Source: Eledone cirrhosa
Lineage: Eukaryota
Length of the DNA stretch: 64,000 nt
Assembly (NCBI GenBank): GCA_964016885.1
Contig: OZ024743.1
Span: 21,018,001-21,082,000 of the forward strand
Direction of reading: 5' to 3'
Shown here: one piece after another, positions 12,942 through 26,679 of the stretch
Numbering within the stretch: the stretch's first letter is position 1
How the letters are laid out: every line of letters begins with the position of its first letter
Program-made: the position numbers and the translations under genes
The notes under the pieces: generated by a model
Seen by the model: only the letters and a program-made list of their open reading frames with translations
Database searches by the model: none
Told to the model about the DNA's origin: nothing

Positions 12942-15108
12942 CGCTGATAAGAAGGTAGCTTGGAAGTGTCACTATGAAAGGCTACTAAATGAGGAGAATA
13001 AATGGGAAAAAGACAGTCTCCCCCACATCGACCCAATAGAGGGACCAGCAGTGTTAGTCGAGGGTAGTATAATAAGTAAAGCAATCAAAGATATGAAGAC
13101 GGGCAAGGCGGCTGGGCCTTCGGAAATAGTTGCCGAGATGCTGAAGGCATCTGGTACGGTGGGACACACCATCGTCACCCGGATAGTTAACCAAGTCGTA
13201 CAGAATGGGGTTGTTCCGAAGGACTGGCGTAGCAGCATCATCGTTAACTGTTATAAGGGTAAAGGAGATGCCCTAGATAGGGGTAACTATAGAGGCATTA
13301 AATTAATCGACCAGGTCATGAAGGTCACGGAAAAAGTAATAGCACAACTAATCAGAGAGAGAATTGATCTAGATGAAATGCAGTTCGGGTTTGTGTCAGG
13401 TAAAAGTACCACAGACGCTCTTTTCATTGTACGACAACTACAGGAGAAGTACCTAGCTAAAAGTAAACCCCTATACTTAGCTTTTGTCGACTTGGAGAAA
13501 GCCTTCGACAGAGTCCCCCGTTCCATTATCTGGTGGGCTCTTAGAAAACTAGGTGTTGACGAATGGCTTGTGAGAGCTATACAAGGCATGTATAAAGAAA
13601 CAGTCAGCAAGGTTAGAATTAACAACGAATATAGTCAAGAGTTTAGCGTAAAAGTTGGCGTCCATCAGGGCTCTGTTCTCAGCCCCCTACTATTTATTAT
13701 TGCCCTTCAGGCTATAACAGAGGAGTTCAAGACCGGTTGCCCATGGGAACTCCTATACGCAGATGACCTAACACTCATAGCTGAATCAATGGCCGAACTA
13801 GAGAAGAAATTCCAAACATGGAAGCACGGCCTAGAATCAAAAGGCCTTAAAATTAACCTGGCTAAGACAAAAGTTCTAGTTTGTAAGAAAGAAAATAAGG
13901 TGGCGGTCCCTTCCGGGAAGTGGCCATGCTCAGTGTGTAGGAAAGGCGTAGGTAGAAACTCCATTTTGTGTCCCAAATGCAAAATATGGGTGCATAAAAG
14001 ATGTAGTGGGATCACAGGTAAGCTAACTAAGAACATAGATTTTACATGTGGCCGGTGCTCTGGTGCAATAAGTAGCAGCAAGTGCCCACAAAATACTAGC
14101 TCTTTCAACTGCGCAGAGGGTTCTATAGAAATAGTGGACAGTTTCCGTTACCTGGGTGACAAAATCAGCAGTGGGGGAGGGTGCTCTGAAAGTACAGTAG
14201 CTAGAGTCAGAACTGGATGGAAAAAGTTCAGAGAGCTTATACCACTATTAGCCGTTAAAGGTTTCTCCCTAAAAATGAAAGGCAGGTTGTACGATGCCTG
14301 CATACGAACAGCAATGTTGCATGGCAGTGAGACCTGGGCATTGTGTGCAGAGGATATAAGCAGACTAGAGAGAAACGAAGCTTGCATGCTCCGCTGGATG
14401 TGTAATAGTAATATACGTGAACGGCAAAGCATAAACGAACTAAGGAAAAAATTAGAAATAAGAGGGATCAGATGTTGTTTACTCGAGAGAAGGCTACGTT
14501 GGTATGGTCACGTGATGCGCATGAAGGACGATAGCTGTATAACAAAGTGCAGGGCAATAAAGATAGACGGTAGCCACGGAATAGGCAGACCCAGAAAAAC
14601 CTGGGACGAGCTGATAAATTCCGATGTCACACACTTACACCTCACCAAGACAATGTCACTGGACCGAGACCTTTGGCGGTACTCAGTAATAGAGAAGACA
14701 CGCCTTACCTAAATACAAAGTAAAACCTACAACAGTCAGTAGGTATCTCTAACAAAATACACCCCCGTCCCACCACCCCCACCCCATCCACACCACCCCT
14801 TTCAATGTAAAGTTATGTTGGTGCCACAACATCCAGGCCGAAACAAATGAGATCATGTAGGTGTCATGACAAAAAACACACAGTCCACGCTGTAATGTGG
14901 CCGTGTAGGCAACACAGTAAAAACCTCCCAGCCCCACACTGTAAATGTGGTTGGTGTTAGGAAGGGCATCCAGCTGTAGAAAACCCGCCAGACAGTCCTA
15001 TGCGAGCAAGATAATCACTCTTGCCTCAAGTGGGAAAACCCCTGTCCAAACCCATGCAAGCGTGGAACACGGACGTTAAACGTTGATGATGATGATGATG
15101 ATGATGAT
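12940..15108 (+). mobile_element. RTE-clade LINE, 5'-truncated, uninterrupted RT ORF with inserted PHD-like finger
   Basis: ORF to 14712: KAAGPSE, NYRGIKL, QFGF, FVDLEKAFDRVP, GVHQGSVLSP, YADD, FRYLG, RLRWYGHV, GRPRKTW. Long 3' UTR and (GAT)n tail. The N-terminal ~49 aa of the listed ORF are flank/TA read-through. Confidence 0.95.
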
Positions 15109-15510
15109 AGTGGTTCTGATATCGATGACTGTGGCATGCTAGTAGTAATCAATTGATGTTATGCTTCATTTTTGTTTTCTTCTTTTTAATCTCATGTCTC
15201 CAATAATTGTTCAGTTCACTAGCAGCTGCTCTTTACTATGATACATCTCTATCTTGTGCTTATTCTGTTCTTCAGGTCAGGTGTTGTTATCCAAATGAGC
15301 AATTAACCTGTTATAGAGTATAAATATAATAGCTTTGTATGTTACAGCAAACAAGATACTGCTTCTTAGTTTTGGGCATCTCTGGTCATATATTGTATTT
15401 AAATCAACATTTTCCCCCTCTAGATTCATAAATATGGATTATGTATTTCACCCAATTGATATCGCTGCTAATTCTGAGACTATACATTTTCTTGCAGTCT
15501 TTGTTATTTA

Positions 15511-15899
15511 CTAGTTATAATTGTCTTTACTAGCTATAATTGTCTTTACAAGTTATAATTGTCTCTACTAGTTATCATTGTCTTTACTAGTTATAATTGT
15601 CTCTACTAGTTATAATTACCTCTGCTAGTTATAATTGTCTCTACTAGTTATAATTATCTCTGCTAGTTATAATTGTCTCTACTAGTTATCATTGTCTTTA
15701 CTAGTTATAATGGTCTCCATAATTTATAACTGTCTCTACTAGTTATCATTGTCTCTACTAGTTATAATTATCTCTGCTAGTTATAATTGTCTCTACTAGT
15801 TATCATTGTCTTTACTAGTTATAATTGTCTCAACTAGTTATAATTGTCTCTACAAGTTATAATTATCCTTAATAGATTTAATTGTCTTCACTAGTTATA
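15511..15899. repeat. 19-bp minisatellite (~20 units)
   Basis: Unit CTAGTTATAATTGTCT(C/T)TA. Confidence 0.9.
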
Positions 15900-16130
15900 G
15901 AGGGACATGCTTGTTGAGTTACATTTCCTTTTATTCCTTTCTCTTCTAATCCATAAATGTATATACAGACCCATAACTTTTGATAGAGTTGTAAAGGTGG
16001 TGGTGGTGGGACATACAGAATATCTTGGACACTTTCAGCCTGGTAAAGCCCAGTCCCTCTCCAGGTCTGAGCATAGACAATTTCTTCGAGTGAAGGAGTG
16101 AGAATGATATATAATGAAAGAATCAGCTCC

Positions 16131-16282
16131 GGTACTGAACTGATACTTTATTTATCAACCTTAAAAGGATGAAAGGCAAAGTTTACCTCAGCAGGATTTG
16201 AACTCAGAGAATGCAGAGAGCCAGAATGAATATTTCAAAGCATTCCATCTCATGTTCTAATAACTCTGCCAATTTGTCACCT
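16131..16282 (-). mobile_element. Older SINE A-related copy
   Basis: AAGGATGAAAGGCAAAGT...GGATTTGAACTCAGA. Confidence 0.7.
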
Positions 16283-17339
16283 ACCTTCTAATCCAATATG
16301 TGCTTTAAATGTGCAAAATGTTTTTGCTCCATACAATCTTTGAATATACTTCAATTTCCATTGATGTTGGTGGATCTTTTGATGGTATAATTTGTTGTTG
16401 CTATCCCTATAAACACCCTTTTTATATTTGGATAGCATATCTTACTTTTCAAGAAAGAAGCTCTCATACCTTTCAAAATATCTTATCCAGTATAACTTGC
16501 CTGATATTTGCATTTCCTTTCATTTCCAGGATGTCTTTTCTTTTACTGATGTTATATTATTTGTTTTCATTTTTTCTCCATTTCACAAAGTAATGATGGG
16601 TGTTCTGTGTGTGTGTGTGTGTGTTTTTTTTTTAGGGGGGAGGGGATCAGTTTTCTATAGTATATTTTCTGTTGACTGATTTTTTTGTAGGTTAGCCTAA
16701 GGCGAATCTTACTCTATTAAGATCAAGCCTGATTTCCCTCGATACTGCCACAACTACTGAATAGATTAGATCGTTTAGCTTGTTAATATTCTGTTTCTGG
16801 GAAAAGAATTCCTTGTAGAACCTTGTTATATTTAGCTATTTTTGAATGAGTTGTTTATTTACAATAACGATGGTGGTATAATGATGGTGGTGGTGGTGTA
16901 ATAGTTGTTGGTGGTAGTAATGGTATTGAGTTGGTGGTGGGGATGTTAGTTGTTGTCATGGAGGTGGTGGTGGTGGTGGTATTTATTGTCATGTTTCCAG
17001 CAGTTTTTTGCAGTTTTCTATTGCTCTATCAAGTGCACCTCATGTTCATTAAGTGCATACAGTATTGTCTTTTTGCTAATGTAGAATGGTGTTTGTGTTA
17101 TGCATCAGATTTATTTTGTAGTTGGATTTGTTTTGTTATTTCTGCTGCTATTTTAATATTGTACCTGCTGTGCGGATTATGTGCAAAGTAAGGGTGGTAT
17201 TTGTGTTTCATACATGTTGATGGATTAGTGTTATGTGTTTTAATGTCAGACACTGATTGTCTAGAGTATGTGTTATATTATCAGATGGCAATCATATAGA
17301 ATATGAATTGTGTGAGTTTTAATGCTAAAGTCAATACCA

Positions 17340-17800
17340 AACACTTGGGCACTTAATCCCTGGTTGAGCTCATCTTCTCTCCAGTTCTCAACACTTTTAG
17401 AGAAGGAGTGAGGAATGAGACAGAAATATAGAGGAAGAATCTACCCCAATACTGAACTAGTATGTTTTTTTTATCGACTTTGAAAGGATGAAAGACACAG
17501 TTAAGTTTGGTTTAAAGTACTGAAGTTTTGGGTATTGATTATGTAGCAGTATGTGTTGTGTTATTTTATTAGGTGGCAATTGTTTTGGGTGTGTGTTGTG
17601 TGTGTAAAGACTACAATTTGAGTTATGCTGTTGAATTAAAAGTGCCTTGCATGGAATGTGGGCTGTGACAAACAAAGGTATCTTTTGAAGTATGCATAAA
17701 GTTGTAAGCCCTGGTATGGTTGTCATAATTTTCAGGGTTTCTGTTTATCATTCCTGGTACTTCAGTTATTATTGGTACTGCTTTCTCTTTCATTCCCCAT
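17340..17800 (-). mobile_element. Decayed R4/Dong-like LINE 3' end
   Basis: TIPGLTTLCILQKIPLFVTAHIPCKAL resembles the C-terminus IPGLPSL...GTAHVLRRAL of the element at 26680-28390. Confidence 0.5.
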
Positions 17801-18206
17801 ATCTTGCTTATTTCAATTTCATGATCCTTTATTCATTTTCAAGATCATTTGTCAACTTCTTTCTGAGTGATCATTTGGTCATATGAGATTGAGATGTCCA
17901 TCAGAGTACAGATATATCTGCTCTACAAGCTAAGCTTCCTCATCATTCCAAACTACATAACAACAGTACAGATATTTTCATTCAAGTTCTTCATTATTAT
18001 ATCTAAATCATTTATCTTCATTTTCTTTGACAGTCTGCACATGCGTGCCTCAGATTATTGTAACCAGGTCATGTACTACGTTTAATATGTTTTCACATTA
18101 AATTGTTGGCATATTGCTCACAGAACATACCTGCTTATGCAATTGTTTCTGTAAATATATTAGTAATGACTGAACAACCAAAAATGATGTGGCCAACTAT
18201 CTCATT

Positions 18207-18628
18207 AATAAGAGTGTATATGAAAGTATATACTATATGTTTACATGCAATGAACATATGAGAGCATCGCTATCAAAGACAAATATCCTTTGTTATGAAA
18301 AAAAAATTTTTTTCCCTGTTTTGCTCTGTAAACACATTACAGATATGTTTGTAGCAGTTGAGAGACTCTAGTCTATTTTCATGTCAGTACCTCTTCAGTG
18401 AATCTCACTGATGAAATATTAACGAATTTTGAAAGAGCTCTGGCTGGCATTCTTGACAGCTACTGACATATCTGTGGCATGTTCACAGAGAAAAATAATT
18501 TTTTCATAGCAAAAAAGATTTTTTTTTAGCGAAGCTCTCATATGTTTATTGTATATAAACATATAGCATATGCATTCATATACACCCTTTTTATGCTTAA
18601 CGCTATCTTAGTGCTAATGTCAATTAAT
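18207..18628. mobile_element. Fold-back double-hammerhead mini-element with 9-bp TSD
   Basis: Diverged inverted arms span 18210-18589. Back-to-back cores: CTGAAGA (minus 18392-18398) and CTGATGA (plus 18408-18414). TSD TATCTCATT at 18198-18206 and 18629-18637. Confidence 0.75.
18405..18443 (+). ncRNA. Minimal type I hammerhead motif
   Basis: tca-CTGATGA-stem II (aat att aacg aat ttt)-GAAA-GAGCTC (palindromic stem III, CUC triplet)-tgg. Stem I is only 3 bp. Confidence 0.6.
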
Positions 18629-19911
18629 TATCTCATTGTACTTATTGCATAATCGATTCTTGATGTTAGCATTATTTTATTTTGGAATTATTTGTGGCTA
18701 TGCATTGATTCTTTTACAGCTAAAATCTGACCATCTCTTTATTCTTTTATCCAAGAGTTTTGAACTATTGTTGTCATTCACTATAGCTCTCTTCTCTGTT
18801 GCTACATGCAGCAAATTGACCTTAGAGTCGTTTTTTTTCTGTTTTTCTTCTTTAGTATATTTTATAATTCAGTTTTGATTTTGCCTTTTTTTTTTTAACC
18901 TTTCTGTGTTCTGATTTTAACTAAATCCTTTTTATACACTAAAGTGTAGTTAGTTTCTAGTCTATAATTTATTTATATCTTATATAGAAAGAAAATATTT
19001 TGTTTTCTTTCTATTTCTTTGTTACATTAATCCATTTCCCTTTGCTTGTTTCTAATTATCTTTCTAGTCCCTTTGGTTATTTGTAGTAGTTTTTCATTTG
19101 CATCAAGCTTCTTCCTCATTGTGAGCAGAGTAAATATCAAACCGACCCCATCTTCCTTGTGTTTAGAGTAAATATATGCTCTCTATATCAGACAGACCAT
19201 ATCTGCCTTGTGTAGCGAGTAAATACATTCTCTCCATATCAGATTTGGTTTGGTAGCATGAAAACAAATTGTTGTTCTTTGCTTATTTTTCCAAGCTCTT
19301 CAATTAACTTGCAGTTTATTATAATGATGTTAATTAACTTAACATGTAATTCATTATATTGAAGTTGTAGTTCAATTTCTAATATTAGTTAGATTCTTCT
19401 GAAGTTCTTTTTACTAAATTTCTAATCTATTTCTGTATTGTATTTTATCAGTTTTCCTTGCTCCTAAATATTTGTATTGATGTTTCTCATATAATTCTCT
19501 GATTTCAATATCTGTATAGAATTTACTGTTCTCAGTTTCAGATAACATTACAAAAAAAATATATATATCATTGTTATATTTTCCTTTGATTTCACTTTAT
19601 ATGCAATGACTACTGAGTATCAACCTGACACTTAGGGCAGGCATCGTTGGTTTTGACAGTTTTTGATAATTTTTTTTATTGTTTTGTCCTCACTTTCACT
19701 TTACAAGTCACTTCACAAAAGTTGATAGGTAAATAAGTTTGAAAAACAAATATTGAGAAAATAAATATAGAAATGTAGGAGTAGGGGTGGAGAGATAAAA
19801 AGAAGAATTAAGGGGTACATATGAATTAATTTTGCATGAAGGTTATTTGAATGGTATTAATTAATAATTAAATTTACTATAAAAATTATTATTATTTTTA
19901 TTTTTTTTACT

Positions 19912-20226
19912 TGGTGTCTCAGTCATTGATGTTATTCAACCGGAATAATTGCCCCAATGAATATTAAGCTGCTACCTGCAGCCTCAGATATTCAGGACGT
20001 ATCGGAGGGTCATTGCCATTCCAAGAGCAAGCATTTTGATGTGTTTCAAAACGAGGGGATGGACTGATGGTCTTTAGCCAACCTTGGAAACTCTTCAAGA
20101 TAGTACCCAGCACTCCTATGACGATCGGTAAAAACTTGATGTCATGATAGTTCCAAATCTTTTTCAGTTCCCACTTCAGGTCCTAGTATTGGTTAATTTT
20201 TTCCCTCTCTTTTTCTTGTACTCTTT
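19912..20226 (-). mobile_element. R4/Dong-like LINE 3' fragment
   Basis: Reverse-complement homolog of 28590-28905 (DLKWELKKIWN..., CCGATACGTCCTGAATATCTGAGGCTGCAGGTA). Confidence 0.8.
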
Positions 20227-20491
20227 AGTATTATTATTATTGCACTAAATAATATTTATTCAAGTATTCTATTTATTTAATAAGCTAAATACATAGATGG
20301 ATTTTTATTATTCATCCACTAGATCTTTCCACTGCACAAAATGACATAATTACATTCCTTTTATTCTATCTGCAAACTCATAGATCTAACTAAATTGAAC
20401 ATTATCACATTGTGAAGCTGTATGGTTTTCTATATTTAAAGGCAATATTTTGTTGTACTATTTGGAAATATTTATATCAGCATCCACAGAT

Positions 20492-20576
<85 letters not shown>

Positions 20577-20708
20577 ATTTATATATATATATATATGTGT
20601 ATGTGTGTACATATATCTCAGTGTCAGAAGATTCCATAAAAGGGTTAGAGTAGAAATTGTTTGCTTAAATTTTAAAGTTGTGCTAATAATAATAATAATA
20701 ATAATAAT

Positions 20709-23700
20709 GCTTTCTTTATTAACCACAAGGGTTTACACAAAGTAGACATTAAGGACAGTACAGAACAATACAGGACAGTACAAATGGGCTTTTCTGCATG
20801 TAAAAAAACAAAAAAACAGAAGATGTAACAAAAACATAAACAATGAAAAATTCCCCAATAGGGGGGAGACTTCCGAGGGACATTCGTGGAGAAAGCCTAT
20901 TAAAAAGCGACAGTGCGCCTTGACCACCAGGGCAAGTGCCCTCTCCCAGTTTTTCCCCTTTAATTTACAGACACATACTCAGAGTAGGCCCATTCACTCG
21001 GGCCATACTTGCTTCTCTCACCCATCTTTCAACAAAATGCTGGGAAGAGAGCACTTCCCTCTCTACCCTGATTTTACTTTTCAAATGAAATTTGAAAAAG
21101 TTAATCAGGGCATCACCGAAGAGGTAAGTGCTCGTCTTCAGCCCTTTCAAATGCGTCCACCATACTATCTCTTTCGCCATGGCCACCAGACAGATAAAAA
21201 CTGCCTGCCCTTTCCGGCTAAAGGAAGAGGGCGGGGCAATCCTCACGATGGACTCAGCTGATAGCCGGATCCATCCTACACGCAACAGTCAGCAATGCTC
21301 GGATACTGGACGAGTGCGTGCAGGGCGGTTTCGTCGCCCTGCGCACATCTCTGACATGCCTGGCTGACGGCACTTCCATGCCTGTAGAGTTTATCCCGAA
21401 CTGGCAAAGCTCCTCGGTAGCACTGCCAGGCCAGGGATTTCTGGAAGTTGTCCATAGGCCCTGGCCCGAAAGTTCTTCCGAAGGGATCGGCTTGTTGATT
21501 TTCGTTGACACCTAGAGTTTCCCCAAGTATGTCGTCGCTCTTCCCCTCCACTAATCCTCTATAGAATGCCAAGCTGGAGTTTCCACCGTTCACATTGCCT
21601 GACTGGTCGCGGGCTGTGAGCGCCTGAAGACATTCTAGTCTCCAAGCGCTCCCTCTCGGTCTTCGCTTGACCCAGGACTGCAGCTCTGTCAAGGAGACGA
21701 GCTGGGGAAAAACGCGGCTAGCAAAGAGCGACCACACCTGATCACCATCGAGGAAGAGGTGAAGATGTCGTAGCCTGAGCGCGTGTCTGCGCATCATCAG
21801 CCACAGCATGCCCAGCCCTCCACGTAGCGGGTGTTGACAGTAGATGGACCGCCTGACCATCGGAGCGCGTCGCTTCCACAAAAAGCGAAAGAGCAAACGC
21901 TCCAGCGCAGTCAGGCGAGGCTTAGGACAAGGCACGACGGTCAGGCGGTAGTAGATGACGGACGCAATGTACGCATTTGCCACTTTTGCCCGACCTTTCA
22001 GGGAAAGCTTCCTCTTTGCCCATTTCTGGGTGAGAGAAGTCACCCTGCTCATCACCTCGTCCCAGACCCCTAGCAATTTAACTGGTCCGTCCATCCACTG
22101 CCTGACGACGCTATTGGACGTCATGGACCTGCCTCTCCAGGTGCCGAGCTGCAGGCCCACTGAACTTTCCTGGTTGATCATTGCTCCTGTCACCGGCTCA
22201 TATTCTCTTAGTGTAGTGCCGATTGCCTCGATGTGTTTGGCGTTCGACACCACTACAGTGACATCGTCCACATATGCGGACACGGATCTTCCGCATCCTA
22301 GTTCACGCGGGTCCCCCCCTCAACGTCTCCAGTTTGTGCAGTAAGGGCTCGAGAATAAATACGTACATCAGGGACGAGAGGGGACATCCTTGGCGGACCG
22401 AGCGCATGATGTTGAATGGTGACCATTCACACTCACCACAGAGCAGATGTCGCTGTGCATGGCACTGATCCAGGCTCTGAAGACGGGCCCAAAGCCAGCC
22501 GCCCTCAGGACTGCCGCCAGATAACGATGGTTGACCCTATCGAAAGCTTTCGACTGATCTAAATTGATCAAAGACCCACCCGTGCCAGGTTCCCTAGCTA
22601 CCCTCTCCACGATGTATCGCATAAGGTGGAGGTTGTCGTGGATGTCGCATGTCTGCGCCTCTCCCACCAGACCACCAACGACAAGCGCCAACCTCTTTGC
22701 TAGCACCTTGGCCAAAATTTTTTAACTCTTTGTTTAGCAGAGTTATGGGCCTGAAATTATCTATGTTATCCCCCTTGTTTGGATCCTTTCTCAGCAACAC
22801 CACCGTTCCTCGCCTCACAGAGCTGGGAATTCTCCTGTTCTATTGCCAGTTGCAGTAGACGTCCGCAAAGAGGCCTCCGAACAAGTCTGGTATGTGTATG
22901 TAAAGTTCATAGGGCAGACCATCCAAACCAGGCGATTTACCCCTTGTGCAGCCAGTCATTGCCTCCCGTACTTCAGCGGCTGTTATCGGCTTTTCGCAAC
23001 ACTCCGCCTCAGTGACCGAGAGCCGCGGCAGTCCGTCGAGGTAGGCACTAAAGTCCATCCCACGATCTGGCCTGCCGCTGCCCCCGAACAGCTGAGCGAA
23101 GTGTCGCTGAAAAGCATCACACATTTGCCCGGGATCGAGTAGCATGCGCCTGTCGTGGTCTACCAAAGACCGGATCGTAGTTTTGTTGCCACGACGCGCC
23201 TCCACCACTCAGGACCATTGAACAGCTTTCGTCCCCTCGTGTCTGAGAACACACACCCAAGCTCTGACAACGCAGCCTTCGTGCTTTGCATTGAAGAATT
23301 GGTCAAGAGCCAATTTCGCCGCAAGTACGTCGGTCGCGATTTCTTTACTAAGCGCCTCGTCTAATTTTCTAACTAGTTCTCCCTCTGCTTTATTTTTCTC
23401 TATTGCTAAAGCCTTACTAAACCTAATGGACTCTATTCTAATCGCTCTTTTCAGAGCAAACCACCATTTGTTGTTGGGAATATCCCCCATCAACGCCCAT
23501 TTAACTAGTTCACTAATCCGGTCTCTGTAGGCCTTGTGTGCTTTTAATGACACGTTTAGCTTCCAGTAGCAGGGTCCCTGTCTATGAAGCCTATCTAAGT
23601 CAACCTCACAGATCACGAATTTGTGGTCCGTGTGGTCGACTATTTTGATATGTGGACAGCCTATGTTAGACCTATCTATTTCCCTACAAAATACCCTATC

Positions 23701-26432
23701 TAGATATGATCTGGATGACCCGATGCGGTTTGTTCAAGTTCACATTGGCACATTCGGGAAATCCAGACGGTACCTGTTAGACAGTTGAAACAGTCTGAGC
23801 AGGTTTGCAAGGCTTTTACACCCTCCTCCCCTATCCGCTAATCCCACACAGTCCCAGTGTGCAGCTAAGATCCTGTTCCAGTCGCCCACTAATACTAAAG
23901 AGCAGGACGTTCTAAGAAAGGTCTCCAGACGCCGGAAGAAATCAGGCCACTTTGCTCCTGTCGGGAATAGACGGCCACTAGCCTGAAAGCTTGCCCATCT
24001 CCGCTGATCACGTCCAGTACCACCAACTTACCTTCTGGGTCCAGCAAGATGGCCCATATGGCGAGATTCAAACCTCTCAGAAAAAGTACAGCAACTCCTC
24101 CCCTCTGATCCAGGACGACTGGGAGATGCGTACACATCGAAGCCGCCGAAGATCGGTGCGAAGGCTCGTGCTTCGGAGATTCTGGTCTTGCTGATGGCCA
24201 CCACATCTATGTTTAGTGACCTGAGGTCTTTGAGCAGGTTGCCCTGCTTCCATGACAACCCCAGGCCACGCGCATTTATGCTGCCTATTCTGAATGAGGT
24301 GATGTTGAAAAGGAGTGGTAAAAGATAGGAAAGACCACTTACTTCACTTCTCGTAGAGGGAGGATGGTTTTTTCCATCCTTCTCACTGGATGTGGCCTCC
24401 TCCGGAAGGATGTCCTTATAAATCCTCCTGGAGAGTGTTTGTCGAAAGTCTCCGATGTCCTTAGGGAATTTTAGTTTTAGTGTCGTGTACGTTTTCGGTG
24501 TGATGCGAGTGATTTGTATGTGTGGAGGTGGTGTGAATTTTTGGGGTGTTGTGTAGTCTTTTTCTATGATGCTGGTGTTGTGTTGGATGTAGTGTAATAA
24601 TTGGTTGTTGTTCAAATTTAATCCTGTGTATCGTTTTGGTTGTTTTGTTTTGTTTGCATTTGTTGTGGGTTTGTTTCTGTTTCGCTTTTTGGGGATTTTT
24701 GTGGTGTTGGTGATGGTGGTGTTGGGGTTAATGATGGTGTTGGTGTTTGTGGTGATGGGGCTGGTGATGCTGGTGTGGGTGGTGGCATAACTGTCTTACC
24801 TTTGTTGTTTGTTTGTTTATTTGTTTCCCTCTGTATTTTGTTTTTGGAGGGCGAAGAAAGGGATTTTTTTCTTTTTGGGGTTCATTTTTTTTCTTTTTTC
24901 CTGATACAGTTTTCCACTCCTCCTCATCGTCACAATCTGTCTCCAGTTGCGATAGGTCAGGGAGTGGAAAATCCTCCACATGCATTGGTTTTAGTTGTGG
25001 TGTCGTGGATGCTAGAGTTGTTGCTGCCATTTCTGCTGCTGGTTTTGATGGTTGAGTCACTGGGGTGGGTAGGAGAGGTGGCCTCAACTTTTTAGCCTGA
25101 GGGCAGAAAGTCTTTAGGTGGGTTCCTTCGCCACAAACGACACATCTAGGCTTTCTACCCTCAACGATTACGGTGAGGTGGCTGCCGCCATTGAGGTCTA
25201 TCACCACTGGAATTTCCTCAATGTTTTTTTGGTCCGCTTGGATCAGGAGCTCCATCCCAGATCCGGACCAGTTCTCCTGCTTTACTTTTGTTACTTCAAT
25301 TATTTTAGTGTTGGCCTCGATGTCGGCGAGGGTGGCAGCCATTAGCCAGGGAATTTCGATGGCTGGCGGAACGTGGGTCACCCTGATCTTCACGAGTCTG
25401 ACCACAATAACTTGGGACGAGTGTGAATTCGTCTCTTCTTAATGGGGCCATGGAGTGCTCTCTGGCTTCCTGTGGTGGTGCAAAGAACACGTCCACGGTT
25501 CTACGTCTGATGTGGGGTTTTTTCACCCACATATGTCCCAAAGCTTTTTGTATCTGGGACTCGGATGCCCGTTCCGCTCGGCGTGATTTTGTGTTTATCG
25601 TCCGATATAACACGGTGCATAGGCGCCGATGCTCCATTTTATAAGATGGGGGGGGGGGCTGACCTTGTACCCATCATTTTTTACCATTCGCTTGGCTTCA
25701 TTTAATTCATCCTGGCTTACCTCGATTATTTCGCTTTTCTTGGCTGCTTTGGCAAACGACGCATTTTGTTTTGCGCTGGTCTTGATGTTGTTGTTGTTAT
25801 TCTCATTGTTGTTGCTGTTGTTGTTATTGTTATTTTTGTTATTGTTATTTTTAGTTTCAGTTGTGGTGGTGGTGTCAGTGGTGTTTGGCGTGGAAGAGTC
25901 GATTCTGGGTGAATCCATTTCGATGTCACGAGATTATAATTTATTTGGGGGGCTTTCTGTTGTCGCTGTGGTGGTGGTGGTGGTGGTGGTGGTATCAGTG
26001 GTGTTGGTTGTTCTTTTTGACATTGTGGTGGTGGGGGTGGCGGCTTTAACACCTGCAGTTATTGGTAATGGCGGGAAATCCATGTCTGTATGCGGCAAAT
26101 TTAAATAATTGAGACTGCTATTAATTATATTTTCAGTGTTGGCAACCGTGGCAAACTTTGCAATGGTGGTGGTGGGGGATGTTTGTCTGTTAAAAACAGG
26201 AGATTTGTCGTCTATATTTTTTTTTTCAAAGAAATATTTTGTTTGATAAATAAAAGTTTAAATTTTGGACTCAAGGCCCCAATATTATATTGAGTGTCCT
26301 TTTCAGAAAGCAATATATGTGAACTTATAAACACTTAACAACAAAAATTTTCCATAACTGGTAATTTGAAACAACTGAAAACAACAAACCTTTGTGGAGC
26401 TCACGATAATACGATTTCCTACGTAGGTCGCC
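20709..26432 (-). mobile_element. Near full-length Tx1-like (L1 clade) LINE, frameshifted, in (AAT)n
   Basis: ORF1 pieces at 24728-25918 with CCHC knuckle CVVCGEGTHLKTFC. ORF2 APE (IGSINARGL) and RT (KSPGLDGLP, NFRPITLLN, NLDQSKAFDRV, AYVDD), C-terminal CxxC...H. AATAAA at the 3' end; (AAT)n on both flanks. Confidence 0.92.
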
Positions 26433-26469
26433 AATAATGATAATAATAATACTAATCATAATAATAATA

Positions 26470-26610
26470 ATTGTTTCTACTTTTGGCACAAGGCCAGCAA
26501 TTATCCCAGTGTATTACTGGTACTTTATTTTATCGACCCCGTAAGGATGAAAGGCAAAGTTAACCTCGGCGGGATTTGAACTCAGAACATAAAGGGCCGT
26601 AACTCTTTGC
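26470..26610 (-). mobile_element. SINE family A, 5'-truncated
   Basis: Core and tail match other copies. Confidence 0.9.
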
Positions 26611-26679
26611 AATAATAATAATAATAATAATAAGAAGAAGAAGAAGAAGAAGAAGAAGAATTGACAAAAAAAAAATAAG

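Noticed and set aside
12972-14432. Antisense ORFs over the RTE (likewise over the Tx1 and CR1 elements)
   Set aside because: Shadow frames of retroelement coding sequence without independent motifs.
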